Shown piece by piece: positions 51,277 to 61,200 of a DNA stretch of 64,000 bases. The position numbers were made by a program, and so were the translations under genes. The notes beneath the pieces were generated by a model. That model was not told where the DNA came from, ran no database searches, and worked only from the letters and a program-made list of their open reading frames with translations. Positions within the stretch are counted from its first letter, which is position 1; every line of letters starts with the position of its first letter. The stretch is taken from NCBI GenBank assembly GCA_965208575.1, contig CBDBOV010000006.1:928001-992000 (forward strand), written 5' to 3'. The DNA comes from Spirochaetia bacterium. Its GTDB lineage: Bacteria; Spirochaetota; Spirochaetia; SZUA-6; Bin103.

Positions 51277-53091
51277 CTAATTTCCCGTCATTTCTTTCTT
51301 CAGCGCACTATCGATCCAGACGCGAGAAAAGTGGGCATGACGGTCAGTGAAGCCAAGACCCATTTCACCGGCAAAACCCTCCACCCACGGCTGGCTCGCG
51401 GAAAAAAGGGCGGAGCGTGGTTTAACTAGGCCATAGTGCTCCCTTACAGAGATTTCATCGGCCTGTCGCTGATAGCCAATATGCTCCTCCGTGTCCGTGG
51501 TTTCAACGGCGGCATAATACAGGGCTTCGATACGCGGATCGTCCGCTTTTGTGGCGCTACTGTTATCAATGTTCTGGATCGCCTGACCTACCTCTTGTAG
51601 TCTTCCGCGGTAGGATCCATATCCAGCGCCCCATATCTCCCACTCCACCGTGTCCGCGCGAAAGGCAGCTCCACCCTCAGCTTCGCTATGAATATTAAGC
51701 TCGCTATCAACGCCAATGGCGTCGAAGTAACCCATGACGATTTCTACATAGGTCGGATCGTACCTCACGAGATTGCTCACCGTGATCTTGAATCTATAGC
51801 CGTCGTCGCCGCGAGGATATCCGGCCGCATCGAGCAACGCTTCTGCTTCATCCGGTCGATACTCATACTCACGCTTGACCTCGTCGGGCCACTCTTCATA
51901 AGGCCAGGCATACCCTTTGGCAGTTTGATGGAATATCCCATAAGGTGATGGATCTGCCCAACCCTTAAAGAAGGTAGCGGAAATTGCTTCGCGGTCCACT
52001 GACATCTGCAGTGCCTTGCGCACATTGATGTCGGCAGTGAGCGGACGAGATTGATTAAATACCAAGGTGCCCGGTATGAAGCTATATGCGGGCCACACCT
52101 CGAGTTCAGGATTGCTCTTCTGGAGGCTCTCTAGATTGTCGAGATTCGTTATGTGAGCGTCACCGGTGTTACTCAGCATATCAATCCTGCCCGTGCGCAA
52201 TGCTGCCAGACGTGTTGACTCGTCCGGCATCTTCAGGGCCCGTAACTCGTCAATATAGGGCAGGCGGTTCCCGAATTTTTCATCAACACCCCAGTAGTTG
52301 GGATTCTTCTCCCAGGTTGCCGAGCTGCCCTCGACGTGGTCGGTCAGTCGATAGGGGCCGGTGCCGACCAGGTTCCTCCAGTCCTCAAAGCCACCTTCTT
52401 CCTCGAATACCTCGGGGGGGTATATCCAAACCATGCTGTGCAACAGCGACTGCACCACATTCACCTGAGGCCTCGTCAGCTTGAGCTCAACCGTCCATTT
52501 GTCGGTGGCCGTTACAGAGAGGAACTCCAGATTATAAACTATGGAACGCTGGGGGCTAGGTCCGGCTTCGGCGAAATCACCCAGACCAAAATAGCGGTGA
52601 AAGTTCCATACGACGTCATGAGCATCGAACTCCCGACCGTTCACCGGCGGCTTATCATGCCAGTTAACGCCCTGCCGGATGTTCCAGATGAACGTCGTGT
52701 CGTCGGCCATTGACCAGCTTTCGGCCAGACCGCCTCTGTACATCTCCGGGCCCGTATAATCCCAGTTCATGGTACCGTGCTTTTCCCTGGGTAGTGCCCA
52801 GTCGGCAATGGTCATCCTCTCTATAACGCTACTGATGAAGTGAGGCGCCCAGCCACCCGCCGACCACACGTCAGTACTCTCAGGAAAGTTCCTGGTGGCC
52901 CAGGTGAGTGTCCCGCCATACTCTGGCGCGGTCCACGTCTGGCCGGTGGCGGGGTCGAACACCGTCTCTCTGTCGGCTGCGGCGGCGGCTGCCGGCTCCT
53001 CGTCTGCGCCGGTGGCCCACAGGCCGGTCGCGGTCAGCATCATGACCAGCGCAACCGCGAAGATCATTCTGATGCTTACGATATATTTCAT
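51277..53091 (-). CDS. ABC substrate-binding protein, family 5
   Basis: Family motifs; ATG 53091. Confidence 0.95.
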   Translation of the reverse strand: MKYIVSIRMIFAVALVMMLTATGLWATGADEEPAAAAAADRETVFDPATGQTWTAPEYGGTLTWATRNFPESTDVWSAGGWAPHFISSVIERMTIADWALPREKHGTMNWDYTGPEMYRGGLAESWSMADDTTFIWNIRQGVNWHDKPPVNGREFDAHDVVWNFHRYFGLGDFAEAGPSPQRSIVYNLEFLSVTATDKWTVELKLTRPQVNVVQSLLHSMVWIYPPEVFEEEGGFEDWRNLVGTGPYRLTDHVEGSSATWEKNPNYWGVDEKFGNRLPYIDELRALKMPDESTRLAALRTGRIDMLSNTGDAHITNLDNLESLQKSNPELEVWPAYSFIPGTLVFNQSRPLTADINVRKALQMSVDREAISATFFKGWADPSPYGIFHQTAKGYAWPYEEWPDEVKREYEYRPDEAEALLDAAGYPRGDDGYRFKITVSNLVRYDPTYVEIVMGYFDAIGVDSELNIHSEAEGGAAFRADTVEWEIWGAGYGSYRGRLQEVGQAIQNIDNSSATKADDPRIEALYYAAVETTDTEEHIGYQRQADEISVREHYGLVKPRSALFSASQPWVEGFAGEMGLGFTDRHAHFSRVWIDSALKKEMTGN

Positions 53092-53115
53092 GGTTTTCTC
53101 CACAAATGTGTTCTT

Positions 53116-53284
53116 GAGAGTATTGCGGAACGGATTGCCGCTCCCTGGCTACTCTCGCGCCCGCAACGCAGACGGCCGGCCAGACAGAGTCAGATTTGTG
53201 AAGCGCGCGACGTGTGACTCACCGGGTTCACCCCCGCTCACGCCGCGCGCGTGCGGCTCTTTGAGTATCAATTTGCACCCCCTC
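53116..53284 (-). promoter_or_regulatory. Type-A SBP leader, copy 6 (TTG-ILKEPHAR; 2-nt deletion shifts past the usual stop)
   Basis: GAGGGGG SD, TTG at 53271, both hairpins present. Confidence 0.75.
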
Positions 53285-53629
53285 GGTCGGGCGCAGATGT
53301 GCCCCTCTCTCTGAAGTCCCGGCAACGCCGGTTGATGTAGACTGGTGGAGGTTGCGGCCGACGCGGTCCGCCGCCACACGCACGGCTGTGTGCCGCGCGG
53401 ATCGATGGTGCCGCGGTCAGCACCGCAACGACCGGGCGCGGCTGACCGCGGTGAGCCAGGTGCAGGCGGACGGCGAGGCCGGCGCCGAGCGGCTGGCTGT
53501 CGCGCGGTTAGGTTAGGTAGTCGGGTACAGGGGGGGGCGTAGTCGGCGGCTGGGCTGGATGCTGTCAGTGCCCATTCGCGGACGAGTGGAGAGGACGGCC
53601 CAATCCGTGTCAAGCGCGACCCACCGCGT

Positions 53630-53732
53630 TGTGTCACCGCCAACCCGTCAATGCGCTGACTGTCATCATGGCGCTTCATCCGAGGCACCCTAGTATGGGC
53701 GCGGCGCGCCTGTCAACGACTCGGCGGTCACC
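53630..53732 (-). repeat. Promoter unit (TTGACA at 53716-53711)
   Basis: Homology to other units. Confidence 0.7.
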
Positions 53733-53846
53733 GGCAGGGTGATCCCATGCTGACGGACGTGATGGAGGACAAGCGCCGACTCGGTGAGCAAGCAAGTTCG
53801 TGACGGCGAATTCGTCGGGCCTCAGTCTCCCGCCTACGCACGGCCA

Positions 53847-54968
53847 TCACCCCGACAGGACTCTCCGCACCTCGTCCGCGTCCACCGCCAGCGCCGCGGC
53901 GATCGCCTCGGCATCCTGTCCCAGACCATGCAGGCGGCGGATCGCCTGCGCGAGCAGCAGGCGCCGCTCCTGCTCCGCCTGCTGCCGCTCCTGCTCCGCC
54001 TGCTGCCGCTCCTGCTCCGCCTGCTGCCGCTCCTGCTCCGCCTGCTGCCGCTCCTGCTCCGCCTGCTGTTGAGCCTGTTCCGCCTGCTGCTGTGCCCGTT
54101 CCGCCTGCTGTTGCGCCCGTTCTGCTCGCTGCGCCCGCTCCCGCTCCTGCTGCGCCCGCTGCCGCTCCTGTGCTATAAGGCGGTCGCGATGCTCCACCTG
54201 CCGCGCCATCAGCATCGAGTCTCGCAACAGCAGGTCCTCTCCCTCCATGTCGCGCCGCACCTCTTCTTCCGCCATCGCCTCCCGCAACTGCCGCAGCACG
54301 AAGGCGCACTCCGCCGGATACTCCCCTTCTTCGATCGTCAGCACATGCGCGTCACTCCGCCCGTTGCCTTTCACCAAGCCCTGGTCGAAGATCGCCAGCA
54401 GCCGCTCCAGCTCGTCCCGCCGCCGGCTCGCCAGCCGCGGTATCTGGATGATGTGGCTGCGGTGATGGATCCCCTCCACCAGCGGATGGCTCGCCGCAAG
54501 CTCCCGCCCCGTGCGCCGCTCGGTCACCTGCGGGCACACGTCGATCACCGCCTCGTCCGACAGGTCATCCAGGGCGTAGCCCAGGAAGTAGATGGTCACG
54601 ATCGGCACCGCCTCGGTGCGGCCCGACGGATGGGTAAGGATGTTGTCCCCGCTGCCGATCTGCTGGCCCAGGTAACGCCGGAAGCGCTCGATCACGGTCG
54701 GCGCGCTGGTCTTCTGAATCTCGATCAGCACCTGCCGCTCGCCGCCGTCGGCAGTGCGCACGCGGGCGGCGAAGTCCATGCGCAGCAGCGTCAGCGGCTG
54801 GACGCGCTCCGGGTCTTCGGGAGTGCGGCGCACGGCGCTCTCCTGCGGGCTGACGGTGAGCGACCGCACCGCGAGGCCGGTGATCCTGCCGATCAGCAGG
54901 CGGGCGACGCGGTCGTTCTGCATCAGGTACTTGAACACCACGTCGTAGATCGGGTTGGCGACGTCCAC
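53847..54968 (-). CDS. Rpn/PD-(D/E)XK-family nuclease-like protein with coiled-coil repeats
   Basis: ANPIYDVVFKYLM, RMDF, LIEIQK, RFRRY; 21-bp QQAEQER tandem repeats at ~53965-54065. Confidence 0.75.
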   Translation of the reverse strand: MDVANPIYDVVFKYLMQNDRVARLLIGRITGLAVRSLTVSPQESAVRRTPEDPERVQPLTLLRMDFAARVRTADGGERQVLIEIQKTSAPTVIERFRRYLGQQIGSGDNILTHPSGRTEAVPIVTIYFLGYALDDLSDEAVIDVCPQVTERRTGRELAASHPLVEGIHHRSHIIQIPRLASRRRDELERLLAIFDQGLVKGNGRSDAHVLTIEEGEYPAECAFVLRQLREAMAEEEVRRDMEGEDLLLRDSMLMARQVEHRDRLIAQERQRAQQERERAQRAERAQQQAERAQQQAEQAQQQAEQERQQAEQERQQAEQERQQAEQERQQAEQERRLLLAQAIRRLHGLGQDAEAIAAALAVDADEVRRVLSG

Positions 54969-55079
54969 GCCAGCATTGAACCTGCGGCCCGCGCGCTGCG
55001 TCAATCGCCTTGCCCGGGTTGCGGATGATCGGTGCGGCGGCGGTGTCATGCACCGACGGGCGGGCGGCGCCGGACGCCG

Positions 55080-55266
55080 GCGAAGCCACCAGATCGTCGG
55101 ACGCTATCCGCAGGGTGATCTTGGTGTCCTTCGGCTTCCTGCGCGCGGCGACCTTCAGCAACTCCCGGAATCTGTTCTCCTCCTCTGGATCGAGCCGCTC
55201 GCCGAAGTAGGGTGCTCCCTCGATACTCTCTATGAGCTCTCGTTCCTCGTCATCGAGGTAGTCCAT
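55080..55266 (-). pseudogene. CopG/BrnA-like antitoxin fragment
   Basis: MDYLDDEERELIESIE..KDTKITLRIASDDL, C-terminus lost. Confidence 0.55.
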
Positions 55267-55367
55267 TTGTTGTTCGCCACCTCCACCAGAACACACAGTT
55301 ACCTTCAACCCTTCAACTCTCCATGGGCGACCGTCTGCGCGACGCCGCGGACCCCTACAAGGAAGCG

Positions 55368-56459
55368 CTACCGTAACGCGGGCGGCAGGTCGAGGCCGAA
55401 GCGCTCGGCGGCGGCGCGCAGCTTGGCGACCGTGCCGGGGGGCAGCGGGATGCCGCCGGCGGTACGCTCGGCCAGCACCTGCTCCTCCGGCTGGCCCGGC
55501 ACCAGGATCGGCGGCGCGCCGTCCACGGTGGCCAGCCCGTTCATGGCGTCGGCCAGCCGGTCGACGTCGCCCTTGAACGCCTCCACGTCGGTGAACGCGG
55601 CGATGTCGATGGCGGCGACGAAGCTGTTCTGGGTGGCGCGGCGCGGGGCGTCCCGGCCGCTGATCGTGGTGGCGAGCAGCGGGTTGCCGGCCATCAGGCT
55701 CGACAGGCACTCGAAGATCAGCGCCAGACCGTAGCCCTTGTAGCCGGCGGCGGGCCGCAGGAAGGCCGACTGCGCCGGGTCGGTGGTGGGCCGGCCCTCC
55801 GCGTCCAGCGCCCACTCCTCGGGAATCGCCACCCCCTTGTCGCGCGCCACGTCCAGCTTGCCGCCGGCCGCCACGCTGGTGGCCATGTCCAGGCTGATCG
55901 CGGGCCGGCGCGAACCGGGCACGGCGACCGCGATCGGGCTGTTGTGGGTGCCAGCCTGCTTCGCCCCCGGCGGCGCCATGTTGGGCGGACTGCACACCAC
56001 GGCCAGACCGGCCAGGCCGGCCCGCGCCGCCATCTGCGTGTAGTAGGCCATCGCGCCCTGGTGCGTGGTGTTGCGGATCAGACCCCAGCCGATCCCCGCC
56101 TCCCGCGCCTTGGCGATGACCCGCTCCATCGCCTGCACCGTCACCACCGGACCGAACGCGCGGTCCGCGTCCATCAGCACGGTAGCCGCGGTCTCCCGCT
56201 CCACCCGGATGTTCGGGCGCGGGTTCATGGAGCCGCTGTCCACCGCCCGGCTGTAGGCCGCCACCCGCTGTACCCCGTGCGAATCGATGCCGCGCAGGTT
56301 GGCCCACACCAGCACCTCCGCCTCCGTGGCGGCATCGCCGGCCGGCATGCCGAGCCCCTCGAACACCCGTGCCGTGAACTCCTGCAACGCCGCCGCATCG
56401 ACGCACCGCGTCTCCGCCGCCGGGTCGACGCTCGCCCCCTCCGTGAACCGATACTGCAT
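55368..56459 (-). CDS. Ldh_2 family (malate/L-lactate/ureidoglycolate-type) oxidoreductase
   Basis: RGIDSHG, HQGA, NSPIAVA, LDMATS, YKGYGL, VPG. Confidence 0.9.
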   Translation of the reverse strand: MQYRFTEGASVDPAAETRCVDAAALQEFTARVFEGLGMPAGDAATEAEVLVWANLRGIDSHGVQRVAAYSRAVDSGSMNPRPNIRVERETAATVLMDADRAFGPVVTVQAMERVIAKAREAGIGWGLIRNTTHQGAMAYYTQMAARAGLAGLAVVCSPPNMAPPGAKQAGTHNSPIAVAVPGSRRPAISLDMATSVAAGGKLDVARDKGVAIPEEWALDAEGRPTTDPAQSAFLRPAAGYKGYGLALIFECLSSLMAGNPLLATTISGRDAPRRATQNSFVAAIDIAAFTDVEAFKGDVDRLADAMNGLATVDGAPPILVPGQPEEQVLAERTAGGIPLPPGTVAKLRAAAERFGLDLPPALR

Positions 56460-56483
56460 CCTTCCCCCGCCGGCAGAATAGCA
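56459..56483. repeat. 25-bp direct repeat, left copy
   Basis: tccttcccccgccggcagaatagca identical at 63026-63050. Confidence 0.85.
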
Positions 56484-56889
56484 CATCAGCGACAGCACGC
56501 CATCGCTCGCGCGCAGCGAAGCTCGCGTACCGCCGCGCAGGACCAAATGCGACGTACCGCACCATTGCGCAGCGCCGATCATCAGGATTGCCGGCCACCG
56601 CAAGCTGGAACAAGTCGGGGGCAACGGCGACCCTGACGGTCCTTGACTCTGTCAGAGGTGCGGGCAGTGTCGGAGCACTCGGGCAGCGCTCATGGCTCTA
56701 GGATATGTGGCGGCTCACGCCTCGGGAGTCTTCAAGGAGTTGGAAAAGCTCCACCAATTATTCGCACCCGTAGTCTCGTGGTCCCAGGAAGTTCGCTGGC
56801 ATATTCTGATCAACGATGGGACACTCGCACCGACGACCGGGAATGCGTTTACGAGTGGTGCAGACCTTATTTCCTCGCTCGCAATTCGC

Positions 56890-57020
56890 GCTGTTTGACA
56901 GGTGGCCGCGCTCGTGAGAGAGTGCACCGTTAGAGGTTTGACGGATCGATGATGACGCGTCATGACGACATTCAGCGCAATAACCGGCTGGCGGTGACGC
57001 GACCGGTGCCCCCCCCCGCA
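56890..57020 (+). repeat. Promoter unit (TTGACA 56895) + poly-C
   Basis: Closest to unit at 22788. Confidence 0.7.
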
Positions 57021-57214
57021 GCTTCAGTAGCGTAAATCTTTCAAGCGTAAACAGTAATACCAACCACTGGCGGCCCTCGTTATCGGGCGCCTCCGCGCGC
57101 GTCGACCACCGCAGACCACTACCCGCCATCTCCAATCCCCCGGCGTTGCCGGACATGGGAACAAGCCACCGGCGAGTCGCCGCCACGCCTCCGGTCGGCG
57201 TGCGCCTGCGACCA

Positions 57215-57445
57215 ACCGGTCCGCTTACGAGGGGGTGCCCGTGAAGTTGTAGTCCACACCACGGGACGCGGTCGACGCCCCCGCGGTGATCGCCCCCGGG
57301 TCAACTCGAAACTCGAAGTCGTCACCCTCGTCGGAAACAACTGCGCCGCACCCACACCCGGCACAGACCGGCACACAGGCCTTGAGAGCAGCCCGGGGGT
57401 CGACACCGAAGTGTGCTCTCAAAGCATAGGAGCATAGGAGTACGA
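57215..57445 (+). promoter_or_regulatory. Type-B SBP leader (SD + GTG AAG TTG TAG at 57241-57252; hairpin 57382-57422)
   Basis: Homologous to 15330-15527; TTGAGAGCA/TGCTCTCAA stem. Confidence 0.6.
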
Positions 57446-59269
57446 ATGAATTTTGTGTGTGTAGCGTTCCGAACGGGCCTCACCGTATTGGCAGGCTTGG
57501 TTCTGGCCGTAACCGGCGTCTGGGCCAGTCCAGCCGCGGAAGAGCAGCCGGCCGCGGCGATGGAGAAAGAAATGGTGATGGACCCCACCACCGGCGAGAT
57601 GGTGACCGCGCCAGAATATGGCGGGACATTGAATACCTGGTTTGTGGATTTTTCTGGCGAGGTTGATACCTATTTCGGCTGGGTGGACCCTCGATTTTCG
57701 GGCGTCGTAGAGAAGCTAGGCATCGGCGACTGGGGAATAGATAGAGACGTATATGACTTCAACAACGATGGCCCGCTTCCTGTGTCTGCCATGACCGGGA
57801 GGCTGGCGGAAAGCTGGGATATTTCCCCGGACGGCCTCACCTATACCTTCCACATACGCAAGGGCGTTCACTGGCATAACAAGGCACCCATGAACGGTCG
57901 GGAGCTGACTGCCTCTGATGTCGAATACAACTTTCACCGTCAATTGGGTGTGGGCAAGTTCACCGACGCCGAACCGAACCCCTTTGGTGCCGCCGCCGAC
58001 CTCACCGGCATCCCATTCGAATCGATAACGGCCACCGACAAATGGACGGTTGTCATGAAGCTGAAGGAGCCCTACCTGCCTGCGCTTCGGCTTATCCTCA
58101 TCGACTACTTTGTTTACATATTGCCCCCCGAGGTAATCGAGCAATCAAGGACTGCCGACGTGCCACAGGGCAGGATTTCGGATTGGAGGAACCAGGTCGG
58201 CACCGGTCCCTTTATGCTGACTGACTCTGTCGAAAGCAGCTCTTTTACCCTTACCAAGAATCCTGACTACTGGCGCTTCGACGAAAAATACCCGCAGAAC
58301 CGCTTACCCTACATTGACGAGTTAAAGGTGCTGATTATACCAGAGCAAGCAACAGTAATGGCGGCCCTACGCTCAGGCAAGGTTGATTTCAGACCATTTG
58401 GTACTTCTCTGAACGACGGAATCAGCCTGCAGCGGACCAACCCCGAAATCGTCCAGCACCCGGTTTTCTTTCGGTCCAATGATGCCATTGCTGCTAACGT
58501 GCGCGTACCGCCCTTTAACGACATCAGGGTGCGCAAGGCAATGCAGATGGGACTGGACCTTGACACCATTGCGACTACGTACTGGAAGGGTCACGCAGTT
58601 ACGACACCTCAGGGGATGGTAGGGGTGAAAGGATATAGCATCCCATTTGAAGAGTGGCCCGAAGAGGTCAAGAAGGGCTATATGTACGACCCGGAAGGTG
58701 CCGAGAAGCTCCTTGATGAGGCTGGATTACCGCGCGACGCCGACGGCATTAGATTCAAGACCCGCTTGCAGATCCTCCAGGGTACACAGGATGTGGGCTA
58801 CGCAGAAATAGCTGTCTCCTACTGGGCTGAGATTTGCGTCGATGTTGAGCTTGATGTATTTGAGGACTGGACCGCATATCACGAGGGGCTATTCTCGGGT
58901 ATGTATGAAGGCATGATGGGTTCCATTTCGGGCACCCTTTTTGACCCTGTCATGTCGGTAGGCTGGTATCGCTCGGACGCACAGTGGAACCGCCCCTTAC
59001 ACCAGTGGCCTGAGTTGGACGCCCTCGTTGACGCCGCCCTGGCCGCTACCACCACTGACGAGCAGCAAAGGCGGATTGCAGAGGCAGATATGTACACTAT
59101 AGAGAAGCACTACCAGATATGGGGTCCTAAACCTCCAACGTTTGTCGTCCACCAACCGTGGATCAAAGGCTATCACGGTGAATCGAATCATCTGGGACCA
59201 AACGAGCGGTGGGACATGCTCGCGCGCCTCTGGATCGACCAGGATCTGAAGAAAGAAATGGGTTATTAG
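57446..59269 (+). CDS. ABC substrate-binding protein, family 5
   Basis: Family motifs; AGGAG RBS. Confidence 0.95.
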   Translation: MNFVCVAFRTGLTVLAGLVLAVTGVWASPAAEEQPAAAMEKEMVMDPTTGEMVTAPEYGGTLNTWFVDFSGEVDTYFGWVDPRFSGVVEKLGIGDWGIDRDVYDFNNDGPLPVSAMTGRLAESWDISPDGLTYTFHIRKGVHWHNKAPMNGRELTASDVEYNFHRQLGVGKFTDAEPNPFGAAADLTGIPFESITATDKWTVVMKLKEPYLPALRLILIDYFVYILPPEVIEQSRTADVPQGRISDWRNQVGTGPFMLTDSVESSSFTLTKNPDYWRFDEKYPQNRLPYIDELKVLIIPEQATVMAALRSGKVDFRPFGTSLNDGISLQRTNPEIVQHPVFFRSNDAIAANVRVPPFNDIRVRKAMQMGLDLDTIATTYWKGHAVTTPQGMVGVKGYSIPFEEWPEEVKKGYMYDPEGAEKLLDEAGLPRDADGIRFKTRLQILQGTQDVGYAEIAVSYWAEICVDVELDVFEDWTAYHEGLFSGMYEGMMGSISGTLFDPVMSVGWYRSDAQWNRPLHQWPELDALVDAALAATTTDEQQRRIAEADMYTIEKHYQIWGPKPPTFVVHQPWIKGYHGESNHLGPNERWDMLARLWIDQDLKKEMGY

Positions 59270-59603
59270 CTATTTTTTGAGGGTTTCAGACCCTGTGGCT
59301 TAGCTCGGGAAAAAGGGAGCTGGAAGGCGGTCTCCTGCAGGCGCGCTTCCCGGCTCCCTTTTTCCTGGAAGAGGGGTGGGCAATGACGGAAGAGAGTGAG
59401 GTTCCAATCCGAAGAATGATGAGGTGTGTCACATGAGAGCCTATATCATCAGACGGTTATTGCTGATAATCCCTACGCTATTTATATTGACCATCCTGGT
59501 CTTTTTCTCGGTCCGCTTCATCCCGGGCGATGCAATAGACGCAATGTTGGGTAAGGTGGAATTCCAGGTTGACGTAGACCGTGAAGCTCCTGAGAAACAA
59601 CAA

Positions 59604-60992
59604 TCAGGCGGCCTCCGGGACAAGCTCATAACCGAGTGCGTGTGCCTGCCTTCGGAGCCGGCGTTCAAAGCGGCGCCGGTCCTGGCGCTCCTCGGCGGCG
59701 AGGATGCTGTCATCGTAGGCCACGCGATGCGTGATCAGATGGTAGATGATCCGAGCCAGTTTATGCGCGACTGCAGTGGTCGCTTCGGGAGTACCCAGAC
59801 GCGCCCGCATGCGGCGGAAGTGCTGGCCCAGGGCCGATGGGCTGCGGTACAACGACTGGGTCGCCCAGTGCAGCGCCTGGGCGGCCCGATTGGTGCCCCG
59901 ACCGGTGTGCGAGCTGATGATCTTGCCGCCGGTGATCTGGTTGTGGGGGCACAGGTGCAGCCAGGAGGCGAATTGCGGTGCGGTCGGAAAGCGGGACAGT
60001 TCCGGGCCGAGTTCGGTGAACAGAACCAGCGCCGTACTTTCGCCGATGCCGGGAATCAGCGTCAGGTCAGTGCCGAACAGGTGCGTAAGGTGGCCGCGCA
60101 GGTCGAACCGCTTGGCCGGTGACTCGGTTGGCGCCTCGGGCTCCGCATCGATTCCCTCATCCGGTGGGTCGTCGCCCACCGCGCCGGGTGGCTCGCTGCT
60201 GGCTTCGAACGCGCGGATGCCGGCTTCGATTTCCTGATCGCACTCCGTGATGAGTTGTTGGTAGTGGGCATAGGTCGCTCGCGCGTGCCGCAACGCCAAC
60301 AGGTGCTCGGCGCGCCAGTCGCCCTGCAGCGCCTTGATCAAGGTCTCGCGGCTGGCTTTGATCCGCCGGTCGGCCAGAGCGGCCAACCGCGCCGGATCCC
60401 GCTCACCCGCCAGGATAGCGTCCGTAATGGCCAGACCGGTCGTCCCCGTCAGGTCAGAGATGGCATGGTGCAGATGCACGTTCATCTGGCTGTACGCCTT
60501 CTGCATGTGCAACACGCTGCGCGACGCCATCTTGATCAAGGTGTCGCGATGGCGCAGCACCGAGCGCAGTGCACACACCTCGTCGGCAGGGCGGAATGAG
60601 CCGCGCAGCAATCCCACCGAGTGCAGGTAGCGCAACCACTCGCAGTCGGCCACGTCGGACTTCCGACCGGGTACCGAGTGCACGTGACGCGCATTCACCA
60701 GCACCACGTCGAAGCCGTGTGCCTCCAGGATCTGATACACCGGAATCCAGTACACACCGGTGGACTCCATCGCCACCGTGGTGACCTCGCATTCCTTGAG
60801 CCAGTCGGCCAAGGCGTGCAGGTCCGCGGTGAACGTAGCAAAGTTCCGGATCGGGTCCGGGTCGCGCTCCGGGCGCACAGCCGCGTACACCTCGGTAGCG
60901 CCTATGTCCAAGCCGGCAGCGTCCGGGTGCATCACCTTTGGTTGCGCTGTGCGACTGCCCTTGCCCTTGCGTCTGTGTCTGCGTCGTGCCAT
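59604..60992 (-). CDS. IS110 transposase/recombinase (DEDD + Tnp20)
   Basis: GLDIG, MESTGVYW, KSDVAD, IPGIG, AVAHKLAR. Confidence 0.95.
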   Translation of the reverse strand: MARRRHRRKGKGSRTAQPKVMHPDAAGLDIGATEVYAAVRPERDPDPIRNFATFTADLHALADWLKECEVTTVAMESTGVYWIPVYQILEAHGFDVVLVNARHVHSVPGRKSDVADCEWLRYLHSVGLLRGSFRPADEVCALRSVLRHRDTLIKMASRSVLHMQKAYSQMNVHLHHAISDLTGTTGLAITDAILAGERDPARLAALADRRIKASRETLIKALQGDWRAEHLLALRHARATYAHYQQLITECDQEIEAGIRAFEASSEPPGAVGDDPPDEGIDAEPEAPTESPAKRFDLRGHLTHLFGTDLTLIPGIGESTALVLFTELGPELSRFPTAPQFASWLHLCPHNQITGGKIISSHTGRGTNRAAQALHWATQSLYRSPSALGQHFRRMRARLGTPEATTAVAHKLARIIYHLITHRVAYDDSILAAEERQDRRRFERRLRRQAHALGYELVPEAA

Positions 60993-60999
60993 GAAACCT

Positions 61000-61200
61000 C
61001 CGCTACGACTGAGTGGTGCGGCCAAGGCGTGTGTAGCAGGTATTCTCCTGAACGGGATGATCGCCACCCGGCCGCGCCGGCTGACAACCTCACCAATGAC
61101 TACGCCACCCGCCCCGGGGCCAAGCTCTTGAACGGGTTCGCAGAACGTAACGCCAGTGACGCGCCGGCCTACTTTCGCGCTCCACCCAGAACTCTGCCCA
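61000..61200 (-). ncRNA. Putative IS110 bridge/seek RNA
   Basis: Two parallel motifs gtcaYtgg..ccgtTCARGAG carrying target-matching and donor-matching sequences. Confidence 0.7.

Noticed and set aside
53965-54065. 21-bp tandem repeats as a regulatory array (also 12-bp repeats at ~3815-3865)
   Set aside because: In-frame coding repeats typical of the C-terminal tails of Rpn/Uma2-like proteins
56643-56898. Short lower-GC ORFs
   Set aside because: No RBS or motif support; probably a gene remnant
59424-60122. Novel dppB fusion protein
   Set aside because: Read-through of the dppB 5' part into the antisense strand of the IS110
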